Source: Laetmonice hystrix (Eukaryota). From it: 64,000 nucleotides of DNA. Below are positions 35,814 to 49,012 of the stretch, piece after piece (the stretch's first letter is position 1; each line of letters begins with the position of its first letter). The notes below the pieces were generated by a model. The model made no database searches. It was not told the origin of the DNA and saw only the letters and a list, made by a program, of their open reading frames with translations. The position numbers and the translations under genes are program-made. The stretch is taken from assembly GCA_965235115.1 (NCBI GenBank), contig OZ249442.1, forward strand, positions 21,452,001-21,516,000. Direction: 5' to 3'.

Positions 35814-38350
35814 CGGCAGATCACTCAAGAAATGGAACCCTGCCAACAGTTACGAAAATCAACGTTATTTTAATCATGTTAATAGTAATTCTCCTCACGA
35901 AACGTATCGACCAATCAATGTGGGACTCCTTAGTCACGACGATTTCATCAAGTAGTAACTTATACAACCAGCCAAGATATCATCATTAACGATGTAAGTC
36001 GGGCACTCTTACCTTGGGGACCCAGCTTGCAAAGAGTGCCCAAACATGTTAGAAGCAATGTGTGAAATGATTTAGAGTGTTCGGCTGGGGGCAAGATGAA
36101 CTGCGTGTTGTATGTATATAGACTGGTGACGTCTGGCATACCAAGGGCACGTGGGGGGAAGCTGTTGTCCTTCATAATTCTTAGCTGATCGATACTAAAC
36201 GGATACTTATGTTTCCGTAAGAGAACTGCGTTCAGCCGCTGTCATTTTTTCTCCGTGGCCAGCATATAGTCTGTCTACCATTTGCTAACTAAATCCCAAC
36301 TGCTCTGTCTAATGGTGGAGCAGACGATGCAGATGTTACGTGGACAGCTGATGCCAATCTGCTTAGGTTTTAGAGATCAATACTAATGATACTCTGCACA
36401 CGATCAGACACATGAAATAATACGCCAATCTCTGGCCCATTTTGAATTGCATTTGGTCGGGACTGCGCCACCTTTGTGAGTTACTCTTTCCAATTTACAT
36501 GTCACACATTTCCATGTCCGGCAAAGAGTTTGGTTCAACTCCCGAATAGGCAGGTTGCTTGGAACTAAATATCTTTCGTTGTCCAAATCTCTATTTTATC
36601 AAGCGATATGCGTTCCTTGATCTCATCTGCAGAGGTATACGGACAAACGGGATATGGCCTCTCGATAAAAGCATTCTCTCCCCCTTTTAACTCCACATCC
36701 GTCTCTTCTTTCATTCATACTGTACATCATTCAGAACTAATAAAAAAAGGTGCATACACCGTTGCCACTTTTAAACGTGTCTCCTCCCTGACTCAGTTGA
36801 AAGAGAAGTGAGACCTAATAGTAAGAATGCGGCACTGGTTTCAGGCACAGAACGGGGCTCATCCTTACTGATACTGACGCAAAAGTATTAGCCATTTTTC
36901 TTCTAGATCCTTTTCTGACAATTTTCCAACGATATATAAGACATTTTCCTCCAGAAAGAATGCTCGAAGCCTCTCCTGACCTCACGCGTCTAATAAATCC
37001 CAATTCAAAAATGATTATTTTTTTAACTCCTGTATGGGATTATATGGAAGCAAGTATTCCATGTCGTCGATCAAGAATTATAGACTCTACACGATCTCGA
37101 TGCCTCTAATTCATACATATTTCATATTGTCCTATAGTCTAATTCTTTTGCATTGCGATGCTTAAATGCCAGAAGCTATTCACAGTTGACAGGGGGGAGA
37201 TGTCCGATGTCGCCACTTGGCGCCCAGACAGGAAGAGATTTGTAACGCCAGGGCTAAAAATGACACCCTCTACCCTGCTTATTTAAGATAGGGGTCCCTG
37301 TACCTCCCCCCCCCCGCCCATCTATTCAGGCACGGTCTGTTTGGATAACACATAACAGATGGTGTCTCTGCCTCCTCCGAGGATTCTTAAACTAAAGACA
37401 TCAAAAGGAACCATCTGACGATACTTTGGATCACCATAGTGTTCCAATGAGGCAATAACCTTTTTTAAATCACTGGTCACGGCCTTACTAAAGAGGGCAA
37501 TGCCTATTAAATAACAGTGTGCTACGATAAAAAGGTCCTTGGCGAAGCTGCCCGGTAACAGCGCCAACAGACACTGAATTTCTTTTACCTTGATGGAAGA
37601 CAAGTTGCAATTGTGTGAGGACTGGGGACAGTAAATAAAGACCAAGTAGAGACCTGTACAAGTCGGGTGCTTTCTGTACTAAATGAATCTATTATTTATC
37701 TTGCTTGTTCTCCGGAGAGACAGCTAGGCAGACATACCTCAGTAATTGTCGGAAGAGCGGCTAAACTAGGACTTCGACAGCGTCGTACATATTGCCTTAC
37801 TTTACTTAAGTGACTGTTCGAAGTCACTGTACAATACAAAATTAAAGGTCTCTTTATTTCTAGTCATCATTGTTCATTCTAGTGTGACCAGATAAGCAAG
37901 ACTTTAGCCAGGAAAGGACCACACAATAATTATTAAGGTATAACGAACAGAACGAACGAAACAGAAACCGTGCTAGTAATTATTTAAATAATTTTGGTGA
38001 AGATTAAATGTACATGTGGGTGGTCTATTCTTTATGTGGGAGAAACACTGGTGGTTTCTTACTGCAAATATAGGCGGAAGAAGCTGAAACATAACAAGCC
38101 AACCTAATCTGGTAAAGTCCTTACCTCAGCCTCCTGTACTGCATGTTGTTGTTTGCCTCTATCTAAAATGGAAAAAAATACAGATGTGGCTATTTAATAG
38201 TTCGATATTTTCCCTAGAAACAAATGAATTATTATTACCCTTTGCTTTGAATATGTGCCATAATTGCCCAAAAACTGTTGTATCACTAAAGGCCGGTGAG
38301 AATGCTAATAATATTCAACTTCCCATTTGTAAACATCGTCCTGTTGCAGC

Positions 38351-38607
38351 TACAATGAAAAGCTGTGCGTATTATCCAACAAGACATTACAATGACAAGC
38401 TGTGCGTATTATCCAACAAGACATTACAATGAAAAGCTGTGCGTATTATCCAACAAGACATTACAATGACAAGCTGTGCGTATTATCCAACAAGACATTA
38501 AAATGACAAGCTGTGCGTATTATCCAACAAAACATTACAATGACAAGCTGTGCGTATTATCCAACAAGACAGTACAATGACAAGCTGTGCGTATTATCCA
38601 ACAAGAC
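38351..38607. repeat. 37-bp minisatellite, about 7 copies
   Basis: Unit aagctgtgcgtattatccaacaagacattacaatgac from 38360, repeating every 37 bp. Confidence 0.95.
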
Positions 38608-40817
38608 TCTTGCAGACATAAGACCTGCGAGGAATTGAGTGACCGGAAATGGAGAGGAGGTGTGACTCAGCTCTGCGATCACCGTTACTTTTTTTTTGCA
38701 CATAAAAGACCTTTTGCTTCCGATGAGCCCATCATATAAGATACGATCTGGGGGGATCACCATCTGGCTGCTTATGGATCTATGTGTCCGCTCGTACAAC
38801 AGCTCAGTCTGGCTCCACTCCATGCGATATCAAACACTTAATCAATGATGAAAGGCAGCTGCAATGACAGACGATCTCGCATTTCGTTTCCGACGATTGT
38901 CACATAATCCCTTCAGATCGGAGTCTATGTACACGACGTACGCACGATGCTCATTCCAGATTTCAACGGGGATGATCGAGCCGACTGCGTATGTCACTTT
39001 CATTGTTTGTACGATCTCTTCACCATCAGTGCTGGTCATATATCATTGTGAAAACCTTGACGTATACGTCATTCCCACCCACCTGTAGGCCAATATCATA
39101 TTGACTCCTCTATAAGGTGACGAACTGATCGTTGTCTGGTGAGGCATACAGAAATTCAATAAGCCCCTTTCGTTGTTATAAATTGATTTTAACGAAAGAG
39201 AATAGATCCTGTCGATGTTTGATAATTATCTGTCAATAATAACGACCAACCTAGAGAATCCACAAAATCCTTTGACGTGCATTATCCTGAGAGGGCAGCT
39301 GATCTTCGGGGAAAGGATGGCTCCGGACATCTGGACGTAATGTAATCCCCCCACTCCGATGATCAAGGAAGTTTTATTGCGGGTCGGCTTGGCTATGTAA
39401 GCGTTAACTTTATCAGAAAGAGAAGGAAATGGCTGGATAGGCCGGAGGGCAAAGTATTTTCTATGTATATAGTCTGTGTGATGCTCAATGTCGCCACTAT
39501 AACACCTCTCATCCACGGCGCTGGTATCATCAAGGTTCATACACAGGAGAGGTCTATAGAGGCTTCCAGGAGGCCCGAGCTGGAGGAGACAGTACCATGG
39601 CATAGCTGAGGACTTCTAAGGAGTTCCAAGGACTCCAGCGATTTAGGTGACGACTCGTTCAAATGTTGATCCTTCAGACTACGGAAAGCTGAAAGCAATA
39701 TGATCGATGTTCCCAAAGCTTACCTTATCATTTCATTGTGAGATCGGACTCGTCTTCTCGAGCGTCTATCGTCTTTGAAATGGTTCAGAACTGATAAAGT
39801 TCCCCCAGCGAGAGATGATTCGAGATTTTTTCTATTGCAGTAACGTTTTCGTCCTATTTCTTTCTTTCTTTTTCGAGGGGAAGCTAAATATTTAGAAGTT
39901 TTCTAAGATGTCTATAGACTCTTATAAGAGTCCTTTTTTGAAAACCATGCGCCATTACATATGGCTTTTGGGCCAATTTTAGAAGAATATATATTTCATA
40001 GTCTTTATTACTCTCGGTTCTGAATAATAGTAGGCCTAGCTTCCGTTTCCCTTTATGAATACGCCACGCGAAAGAGTTCTGCCTTAAGCTTTATTGGTAT
40101 ATGTTCAATTTATAGTATACACCCGATATAGTCATGCCACAATCTCTGCGCGATGTTATATTGCTCAGAATGTTTGAATAAACTGTTGGCTGAACTTTTT
40201 TTCCTCCCAGCTGCGAGAGAAGTATTCCATCACGAGCTTCAACTATGCCTCAGTGGAGGTTACAATGAACCTGCGCACTAACCGCCGACTTGGGCCACCA
40301 ACCACAGGTCGGCGATCAATCACGTGATCCGGTGTCACCAATTGGATTCCGGGGGCTCACCCCCATCTCGGCCGTTCATGGTTAATCAGATTATAGTGTC
40401 CTTCACGGCCACGCTCGGCTCTATACGGCATACACGGCCGGACTGTGACAGTGTCGAGAGACTGCCATGGTGGACGTCTGCGTCAGCGCTTGGAGTAGTG
40501 ATGAGCGTCGATTATTAGATTCCGGTAAAACATAACGCTCTTCACATCTGACCTGTGAAGTGTATGCTTGGAGAACGTCCCTGGTGAGGTGTTTGTTAGT
40601 CCACCAAACGGAATTCCTGCCATGCTGTGTTTAATAAATGAGACCCCTATATGAATCCTCCCCTGAAATTAACCTTGGCATTCAGGTAATCTATAAGGTA
40701 TAGCGCGAACAACAAAACACAATTGGATTCAAGAGCCATTTGAATGAGAAATCATACGGAGTAAAAATTGGCATTCTGATTTTTTTTTTTAGAAATGGTC
40801 AGGGAATACCTTTAATA

Positions 40818-41118
40818 TTCACTACAGATTGGAGGCGCGCACCGCGCGGTAAACAACCTCAACTGTTAACTTTACTGCAGATTGGAGGCGCACCGCGCAG
40901 TGAACAACCTCAACTGTTACCTTCACTACAGATTGGAGGCGCACCGCGCGGTGAACAACCTCAACTGTTACCTTCACTACAGATTGGAGGCGCACCGCGC
41001 GGTGAACAACCTCAACTGTTACCTTCACTACAGATTGGAGGCGCACCGCGCGGTGAACAACCTCAACTGTTACCTTCACTACAGATTGGAGGCGCACCGC
41101 GCGGTGAACAACCTCAAT
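40818..41118. repeat. 51-bp palindromic minisatellite, array 1 (about 6 copies)
   Basis: Unit actacagattggaggcgcaccgcgcggtgaacaacctcaactgttaccttc. Confidence 0.95.
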
Positions 41119-41535
41119 TATAACACGGCTACTTTCTTTCCTGCGCTCTGATTGGTCGGTTCCTGGTCACGTGGTCCGAATCATTTTAATGTTGTCTCAT
41201 GCTTTACCGGGCAATTGTTGTCGAACTTTTGCCCATGGGAAATAGTTCGACAAATCGTTGCGTGATAGCTACCTTGCCTGCAGAACTTCTGAGACAATAG
41301 CGGACGACTTTTCCGCACTGACAAGGGTTTTGAATTTATATGAAAGAGAGATTCAAATCTAGAAGTAGGCCTAGATAGGAGCTAGTGGCATCACAGTGAG
41401 TGTGGCATCACAGTGAGTGACGTCTAATTAATGTAGGCCACACTCACAGGAGGAAAACTAAAAATAACACACCCAGTCGCCGGGAATCGCTGTTTACTTT
41501 TAAATGAAATGCATGTAGGTATGGCGTGTTATAAA

Positions 41536-41726
41536 ACACATGTTGACTGGCCTTTTTCGGGCAACGGCATAAGTCTGTTCCCCCCTCGGGCCATGTTGAT
41601 CACCCCAAAATCAATCTATTTCCCTCGGGCGATGCCCTCGGGAAATAGATTGATTTTGGGGTGATCAACATGTCCCTCGGGGGGAACAGACGTATGCTGT
41701 TGCCCTCTTGACCAGTCAATATGTGT
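41536..41726. mobile_element. ~190-bp foldback hairpin with four CCCTCGGG motifs
   Basis: 66-bp arms at 41559-41624 and 41640-41705 (5 mismatches) around a 15-nt loop; outer pair cacatgttgactggcc / gaccagtcaatatgtg. Confidence 0.75.
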
Positions 41727-41733
41727 ATACTGG

Positions 41734-42077
41734 TAACTTCACTGCAGATTGGAGGCGCACCGCGCAGTGAACAACCTCAACTGTTACCTTTACTACAGAT
41801 TGGAGGTGCACCGCGCGGTGAACAACCTCAATTGTTAACTTCACTACAGATTGGAGGCGCACCGCGCGGTGAACAACCTCAACTGTTAACTTCACTACAG
41901 ATTGGAGGCGCACCGCGCGGTGAACAACCTCAACTGTTAACTTCACTGCAGATTGGAGGCGCACCGCGCAGTGAACAACCTCAACTGTTACCTTTACTAC
42001 AGATTGGAGGCGCACCGCGCGGTGAACAACCTCAATTGTTAACTTCACTACAGATTGGAGGCGCACCGCGCGGTGAA
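41734..42077. repeat. 51-bp palindromic minisatellite, array 2 (about 6.6 copies, 204-bp higher-order period)
   Basis: Same unit and orientation as array 1. The ctgcag/gcgcagtg variant is at 41741 and 41945; the caattg variant is at 41792 and 41996. Confidence 0.95.
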
Positions 42078-42738
42078 TCAAAATGTTCGGAAGCCATTTT
42101 CTCCTTGAAATCGGCAATTTCTTAAAACCTGCCAAAAACTTAGTATTCAGAGCAGGGGGAGTCCAAGACCCGATACTCCCTACAGAGGGTACGCCGAAAG
42201 ACATTCCCACTTGTAGGGCCACTTGAGCTAAATGAGATGCCTCAGCTTGAAGATCGGGGGCCAGCCTTACCCCCTTACCTCCCACCAATTAGTATAATAT
42301 AGGCAGCTGACGGCATTTCTGTTACCGACATGGCACAAGGAGTGGAAAAAAAACCCTCTACAAATCGACCCCTCCTCATGACGAGTAGTTTTTGAAATAA
42401 GTTGCCTTGTCTTCAAAGTTTCTAAGCGATTTTCCACTTTCTTGGATCAAACACGCGCTGAATATCTCCGACTGGCAAGCAAAGTTTGAACAAATTCACT
42501 CAAACAAAAGAGAGCCTTCGGTTGCACGTGTCAGCATTCAGATGTCGTCTGCGCTTCTCTTTCTCGTCGTAAAACTTATGTTTGGAAGCCGCTGTCTACA
42601 GACAATAGTGTATTCCAATGTATTTGATTCCCTCTTAGCCCTCTTAGATCTAGCCAGACTATGATATCGCTTTAATATTTCACGTTTATAATATTTGACT
42701 CGGTAGAGACGAAGGTTAATGACTTATAGCATATCAGA

Positions 42739-42821
42739 GTTGCTGGTCTCCAGACACGTGTATGTGTCTGGAGACCAGCAACATACACGTGTCTGGAGAC
42801 CAGCAACTCCAGACACGTGTA
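42739..42821. repeat. Cluster of short inverted and direct copies of a 25-mer
   Basis: gttgctggtctccagacacgtgtat (42739-42763), inverted copies at 42764-42782 and 42783-42807, partial forward copy at 42808-42821. Confidence 0.9.
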
Positions 42822-43137
42822 GATGGCTATTTTTCTCAAAGAACTCTCATAACATAACAGGCCACTTATAGGAGTGACAATATATCACTCCTTATTTCGT
42901 GTATCACTACATCTTTCAGTAACAACCGGTCCATATAACTAAAGTAACCAGACGATTCATTTTGGAGTCATAAGGCATAGCGATTGACGAGTTTCTCCAT
43001 ACTTTCATATAGGCCCACCTAATGGGTTTGTTGGTCCCTATGTGTCTATAATCGTTGAACGCGTCAGAAATTGGGACACTCATAACCTGCTTGAGCTCGT
43101 GACTAATACGCACTTATAATATAAGCCAGCATGAGTG

Positions 43138-43780
43138 CATGAATACGGCACTCCACCTTCAGTGCTGTGCCGTATTCATGTGCCAGGCATACCCATTGTT
43201 TAGGGTATAGTGGATTGTTGAACTGTCTTGGCTCCGAGTGACCCGCAGTTTGAGTATGAAGAGACCTTCAGTGTCGTGCCGTATGTGCCAGACATACCCA
43301 TTGTTTAGGGTATAGTTGATTGGTGAACTGTCTTGGCTCCGAGTAACCCGCAGTTTGAGTATGAACAGACCTTCAGTGTCGTGCCGTATGTGCCAGACAT
43401 ACCCATTGTTTAGGGTATAGTGGATTGTTGAACTGTCTTGGCTCCGAGTAACCCGCAGTTTGAGTATGAAGAGACCCTCAGTGTCGTGCCGTATGTGCCA
43501 GACATACCCATTGTTTAGGGTATAGTTGATTGTTGAACTGTCTTGGCTCCGGGTGACCCGCAGTTTGAGTATGAAGAGACCTTCAGTGTCGTGCCGTATC
43601 CATGTGCCAGACAAACCCATTGTTTAGGGTATAGTTGATTGGTGAACTGCCTTGGCTCCGAGTGACCCGCAGTTTGAGTATAAAGAGACCTTCAGTGTCG
43701 CGCCGTATGTGCCAGGCATACCCATTATTTAGGGTATAGTTGATTGTTGAACTGTTTTGGCTCCGAGTGACCCGCAGTTT
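43138..43780. repeat. 105-bp minisatellite (about 6 copies) preceded by a 14-bp perfect hairpin
   Basis: gtgccag starts at 43180, 43285, 43390, 43495, 43604 and 43709; stem catgaatacggcac / gtgccgtattcatg at 43138-43180. Confidence 0.93.
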
Positions 43781-44296
43781 GGATCTGAAGATGTCGGAGA
43801 GTACGAAGAAAGTCACGGATAGAACAGAACTTAAACTCCCAGACCCAGAGCCTTTGTCACACCGTAGAATTACCTTGAAATGGTCTGGTACGATGTGCCA
43901 GCTTTCTCCGACGTGTCGTACGGAATACAGGAAGACACCGTGCTATACTTAATTACATAGGCAAATAAATGCAGGAAAGGCTGGAGCGCCAAATAAAAAA
44001 AAAATCGCTCCAGCCGGCTCCCGTGATGTCACGCATGTTGAATGGACGCACTTGTTCCAGTAAAACCATCTTTGTCAACATCTTCAAAGGGGGAGCATTT
44101 CGTGAGAAACGTTTAAAAGCAAACCAATATTTCTCTAACCATCTTTCACTCCGATTAAATATTTCATCACATAAAATTTACAAAGAGGAGTCATTTTTTG
44201 TTGGAAATAACTTCGTGAAGGCCTTTTAGGAACCCATAGCATTTTGGGGACTTTCTCTCCTAATAGTTTTATGTGGATCCCTTGTAACCCCTTCTG

Positions 44297-44740
44297 AACA
44301 CACCCACCCACACCTACAGCGAAGTACATGACAAAAACACCCACACACACCTACAGCGAAGTACATGACAAACAAACACAAACACACCCCCATCCTACGG
44401 CGAAGTACATGACAAACACACCCACCCCCACACCTACAGCGAAGTACATGACAAACAAACACAAACACACCCCACCTACGGCGAAGTACATGACAAACAC
44501 ACCCACCCCTACACCTACAGCGAAGTACATGACAAACAAACACAAACACACATACACCTACGGCGAAGTACATGACAAACACACCCTCATATACACCTAC
44601 AGCGAAGTACATGACAAACAAACACACCAACACATACACCTACAGCGAAGTACATGACAAACACACCCACACATACACCTACAGCGAAGCACATGGCAAA
44701 CAAACACACCCACAACTACAGCGAAGTACATGACAAACAA
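44297..44740. repeat. AC-rich minisatellite, 11 copies of the core cctac(a/g)gcgaagtacatgacaaac
   Basis: Conserved core separated by variable-length AC-rich spacers, partly in alternating dimers. Confidence 0.9.
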
Positions 44741-47700
44741 TCCTCTAGGGTACTTTTTACCATGCATGACGCGTTATTGAGTCAAAATTAAAGTTTGCCC
44801 AAAAATTTTAAAAAAATTAAACTAGGGCCAAATCACACGAGGAAATTGCAGTTTGGTAGGAATATTGCAGAAGCGCTGTTACCCTCCAATCATTATTAAA
44901 TTCAGGGGATCCTTAAAAGAAGGGATTCCGCACTAATTGCAGTGGAAATGTTGTTGTCATAATTTCACCCACGTTGATTTCCATTTAATCGTTCTAGTAA
45001 CTTCCAGCATGAAGGTGTATCACTTTCAAACTTGTTCAGTCAGGGGACGAGCAGTCCCAGGGGGATGACGAGGACGGCGTGGGGAAAAAACACGCTAATG
45101 GGAGACAATCCCCTTGTCTATTCAAGAAACTGGAAATGTACTTTTATATGCCCAGTCGCACAAACATACATGGCTGCACATACCAAAGCCTTATCTGCCC
45201 CGGATGCCGAGCACTTGGGAGGGCCAGAGTGGTACTGGAAGAATTCAAATATATCTTTGCCGCAGAAATGATTCTGAAATCCGACTCTCGACCACTTGCC
45301 CACATGAGCCGCCCCCTCAGAACAGCCAGGGGTTGTAACCGAGGATCGTTATTACCACTGATCCCAGGGGGGGGTTTAATCGGAAAACTACAGCTATATA
45401 TCACTGAGAAAAGATATATCCTGAAGTTGTGTACGTAGTAATAGGGTGATTCTCTTGGATTAGGGAAATAGTAACAATAGCCTCAGTGACACTGAGTACT
45501 CTCAACTTGCAAGTAGCTAACTTGGGTACGAAGGGGGTTCGAATCCGGAGACCAGAGGAAGGTGTCTATATACACTGTATACAAGTACATTTAAACATCC
45601 AACCCTTACCACTGCCCCCACACACCCACACCCACATCCCCTGACCTGGATAAAGGACGTTTTTCGACTTAGCGGAATAAAAGTTACTTACAGCAAAATA
45701 AGATTAGGCTACTATGCACACAGCAGAATAAGATTAGGCTACAGCTATACATCTATCACTAATACTCTTAAATGATCATAATTATTACCCGTATCTCCTT
45801 CCCAACCCCGATCAGTGATGAGGCTTAGAAGTCGATTGGGTCGTTTCCTTTCGGATACAATCGCCATATTAATACGTCCATATTAATAAAGTTCTTAAAG
45901 GGCTGTGTCATTGTCAGCCCTACCACTTGGATCGTACATAACGCGCCACCACGTGATTGTACAAATTTATGCGATCACAGATGGCACTGCAGGGGAAGGT
46001 GGCCAAACGCAAGTTCTATCTGGGGATCCGCCCTCGCTTCACAAACCCAAGAGTAAAACATTTGCAAAATTAATGTCAGCTTGTTTCCCAAACAGATGCT
46101 TCATCCAGATTTCCAGAAGTGTACGGTGCGTTGCGTAGGTGCAATTGTCAATTTATGTTTTTTTTTAATAGAGATCAAGCTTATCTGGAAACTCACAGCT
46201 GATTAAAGCACTTCACTCATTCTAAATAAAACTTTAAAATCGGCGGGTGTAAAATTGGGGTGACAGTATTATCAACACCTCCCGTTTTGAGACATATTTG
46301 TGTAATGTGGACATATTCAGGCTTGCAAATGTGAAATTTTGGTTGTAAGATCCAACCAAGTGTAGTTAGGCTATCACACTTTGATGATGGTCATGAGATT
46401 TGCCATTGTCGACTTTGCTATATGTAATGTAAGTGAGGGTATTACTGAAGTTGGTGCTGCCGGTCTTTGTGATATCTCTTCTCCATATATTTATACGAGT
46501 TCCTTATCAACTGGGATCTAGAGAAGGGAAAACGATGAATTAAATATGGTTCACATTTATTTATGATGAACATTGCAAAGTACCTTACGGTCACAAACAT
46601 TACGGTCCACTTCATTGGTGAACGTCAAGCTCAGCGAATGCTGATGAGAAGTATACACAATACATCATACGCCTTTTCTTGAATATGGGTAACGTACATT
46701 AAAATCTTAAATCATCAATATGTAATCATAACACAGCTAGTCCATTCGTACCTTACCTCAAAATGATTTTTTTCCTAAAGTTTGAAAACGTCCATTTTTT
46801 TCACTCATGGGTTGGTTGTTCCAAATAAACAGGGTGCCAATTATCTCACCTGTATAATTACCTTTCAAGTCGGGGGAAAAGATCGAGTCTCTAGGGGTAG
46901 GAAAGGGGAAGTGGTAAATCAGCAGAAAAAGAACGCTATCAACTTGACATGCCAAATATTTGGTCTACTGACACCTCTGTCGTGGCTTGTCCAGTTTTCC
47001 TCGCAGAAAATCGCTCAAAATCGATCAAATTAGATTTGAGACAGTAACGCACATTAAAGTTTTAACCTCTCTGTGCGTTGCTGTTTACAGGAAACGTTCA
47101 GGGGGAGGCTGTGCACCGTACGGAGTAACTATTAGTCGGACCTTTCAGCACATTTAATGACTCAGGTGAAAAGGTCTACTATTTTGTCCCCATACTCGCT
47201 GGAACCCAATTGTAAAGTCTTATTAAGAATGAGTGGAGTTGCCCCCCTCCTCCCCTCACACCAGCATTGGTATTTCTTTGTACTGGAGATTATACTTGAG
47301 ATGCCGGTAGCTCTGTGGCCTGTTGTAGTCCTAGCAATTTAAGCTCTCCAGCTCAGTCCGTCGGCTTGTGTCTCGTAAGCTTCAGTTATGCCCCTTGATT
47401 GCTGATAACTCTGATATTAATGGTGACGTAGTAGGCAATTCCCAGTCGCTGTCTTCTCCGCCCGCGACAGTTTGACTGGGGTATAAACACATTCAATAGA
47501 AGGTGCTCCCCAAATATACCTCGCAGACAATGATCCCCCTGAGGCGTTTTACCATTGACAGGATACGTCTGCTTGGCACAACGTACTTCCTTCATGACGA
47601 TATATTAGCAATGAAAAATAGGTCCTAATTCTACAGCGTTCCCTACGTTGTCATATAATGAATGCCAATGAGAAGTGTCCCACCGGAACAAGAGCAATTA

Positions 47701-48498
47701 ACAACGTGTCCGACCATAAAATACGTCGTCCTCATCAACTGAGTGATTGATTAAGCAAGCGCCCCCTTGTGGTTTGTGGGAGCACTTTGCCATTCGTCTC
47801 TCTGTCTCCAATGAGGGCAGTGTTCTTGTGGTCCATTGTTCACCATGACACCGATCAGCACTGCACCTGCTCCTCCACGCATGACTTTCACAACAGTCCA
47901 TTGCCGGGCGCTCCTCGATGGAAGGGCAAACAAGTGATCGGCCAAGTACCTCCCTTCGTTGTTGCCAATGTCAGTTGTATATCTAACCGGAAGTTTTTTG
48001 TGGGTATAGTTATCGGATCTAAAGCGTCCGCCAACAAGTAAAAATGGAAGATGTGTGTAATATCTACAGGTGGTTGTCCATGACTATAGTGCGGCATTGT
48101 GTTAGTGCAACGGGCATTTCTAACCTCGATTGATTTCGGACACCAGCATTCATTGGCCCAAAGTTTCTTTTAACTCTTGCTTCGAATCTCCTTCCTTTTG
48201 TATACATGATACTGTGTGTCAGTTATCTGATGCAAACCAGTCTTTACCGGGTACCCCGGTTTCCTCAACCATTTAAGCCCCTGCACTTCGGTTTGGGTGC
48301 TAATAATCGATAGAAACTAGTTTAGTCGGGGGACTCATTCAAGGACGTGAATTATCCCGACGTAACGTCACGCTTATCGGAGTGAAAAGTAATCTAATTA
48401 CAGATAATAGTATTAAATCCTAATTTCTAGTTAGTCTTGGCATAATATTGATGATTAACAATACAAACATCTTCCGATAATGTTATTCACTTTATCAG

Positions 48499-48669
48499 AT
48501 GGCAGGTACTTCAATTCAATTCCGATTCTGGCTGCTGTTTGTGTGCTTTCTAATATTGTCACCGCTGGTTCAGTGCACAAAGAAAACAGTGTGGATAGAT
48601 AAACAGATACCCAATTTAGATCGCCTTCTTCCGATTAATCCATTAGATATTGATGGGGACGAACAAAAG
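48499..48669 (+). CDS. Candidate first coding exon of a secreted or membrane protein (signal peptide)
   Basis: Acceptor ttcactttatcAG directly precedes the ATG. Reads MAGTSIQFRFWLLFVCFLILSPLVQC-TKK...DGDEQK, then a possible (weak) phase-0 donor aag|GTctac. Confidence 0.45.
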
Positions 48670-48702
48670 GTCTACATAAGAAAGTTTCACACTTCCTTTA
48701 AA

Positions 48703-48887
48703 ATATTCAAATTGTCAGACCATAGCTTCGCTAACATTGAAACGCCAAACGAAATCTCTCTTCTCACAGCTCAATCCCTCCCCCACGCCTCATTTAGATC
48801 TAAGGTTGAATGAAAAAAGTGAAGAATTGCCTAAAACTGCCGTATATTGAAATTGTCAGACCATAGCTTCGCTAACATTGAAACGCC
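48703..48887. repeat. 44-bp direct repeats flanking a 102-bp segment that is also at 51808-51909
   Basis: atatt(c/g)aaattgtcagaccatagcttcgctaacattgaaacgcc at 48703-48746 and 48844-48887. 48744-48845 matches 51808-51909 with 1 mismatch. Confidence 0.9.
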
Positions 48888-49012
48888 TTCGCTCTGTGTT
48901 CTGTTGGATATCATTCCGTACATCACATTGTCGCCTAAGGTTTACGTTGAACATATCTGATATACAAAGTATAGTATTTCTCAACGAAAGGTCGCAGTTA
49001 TTACCTTTCCAG

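Noticed and set aside
39724-39737. Minus-strand ATGAAAATGATAAG|GTAAGC as a first coding exon joined to ORF 39226-39603
   Set aside because: The donor is strong, but its phase is incompatible with every nearby acceptor I tried (early stops).
40740-43816. ORFs with 17-aa (LQIGGAPRGEQPQLL..) and 35-aa repeats
   Set aside because: Unit lengths of 51 and 105 bp are multiples of three, so frames stay open on both strands; no signal peptide, cleavage sites or synonymous variation pattern.
44297-44740. Conserved core with variable spacers, resembling CRISPR or a mucin-like ORF
   Set aside because: Spacers are low-complexity AC slippage products; the ORFs are repeat artefacts.
45478-45546. B-box ggttcgaatcc with a weak upstream A-box
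   Set aside because: Too degenerate; no cloverleaf or tail. At most an old SINE relic.
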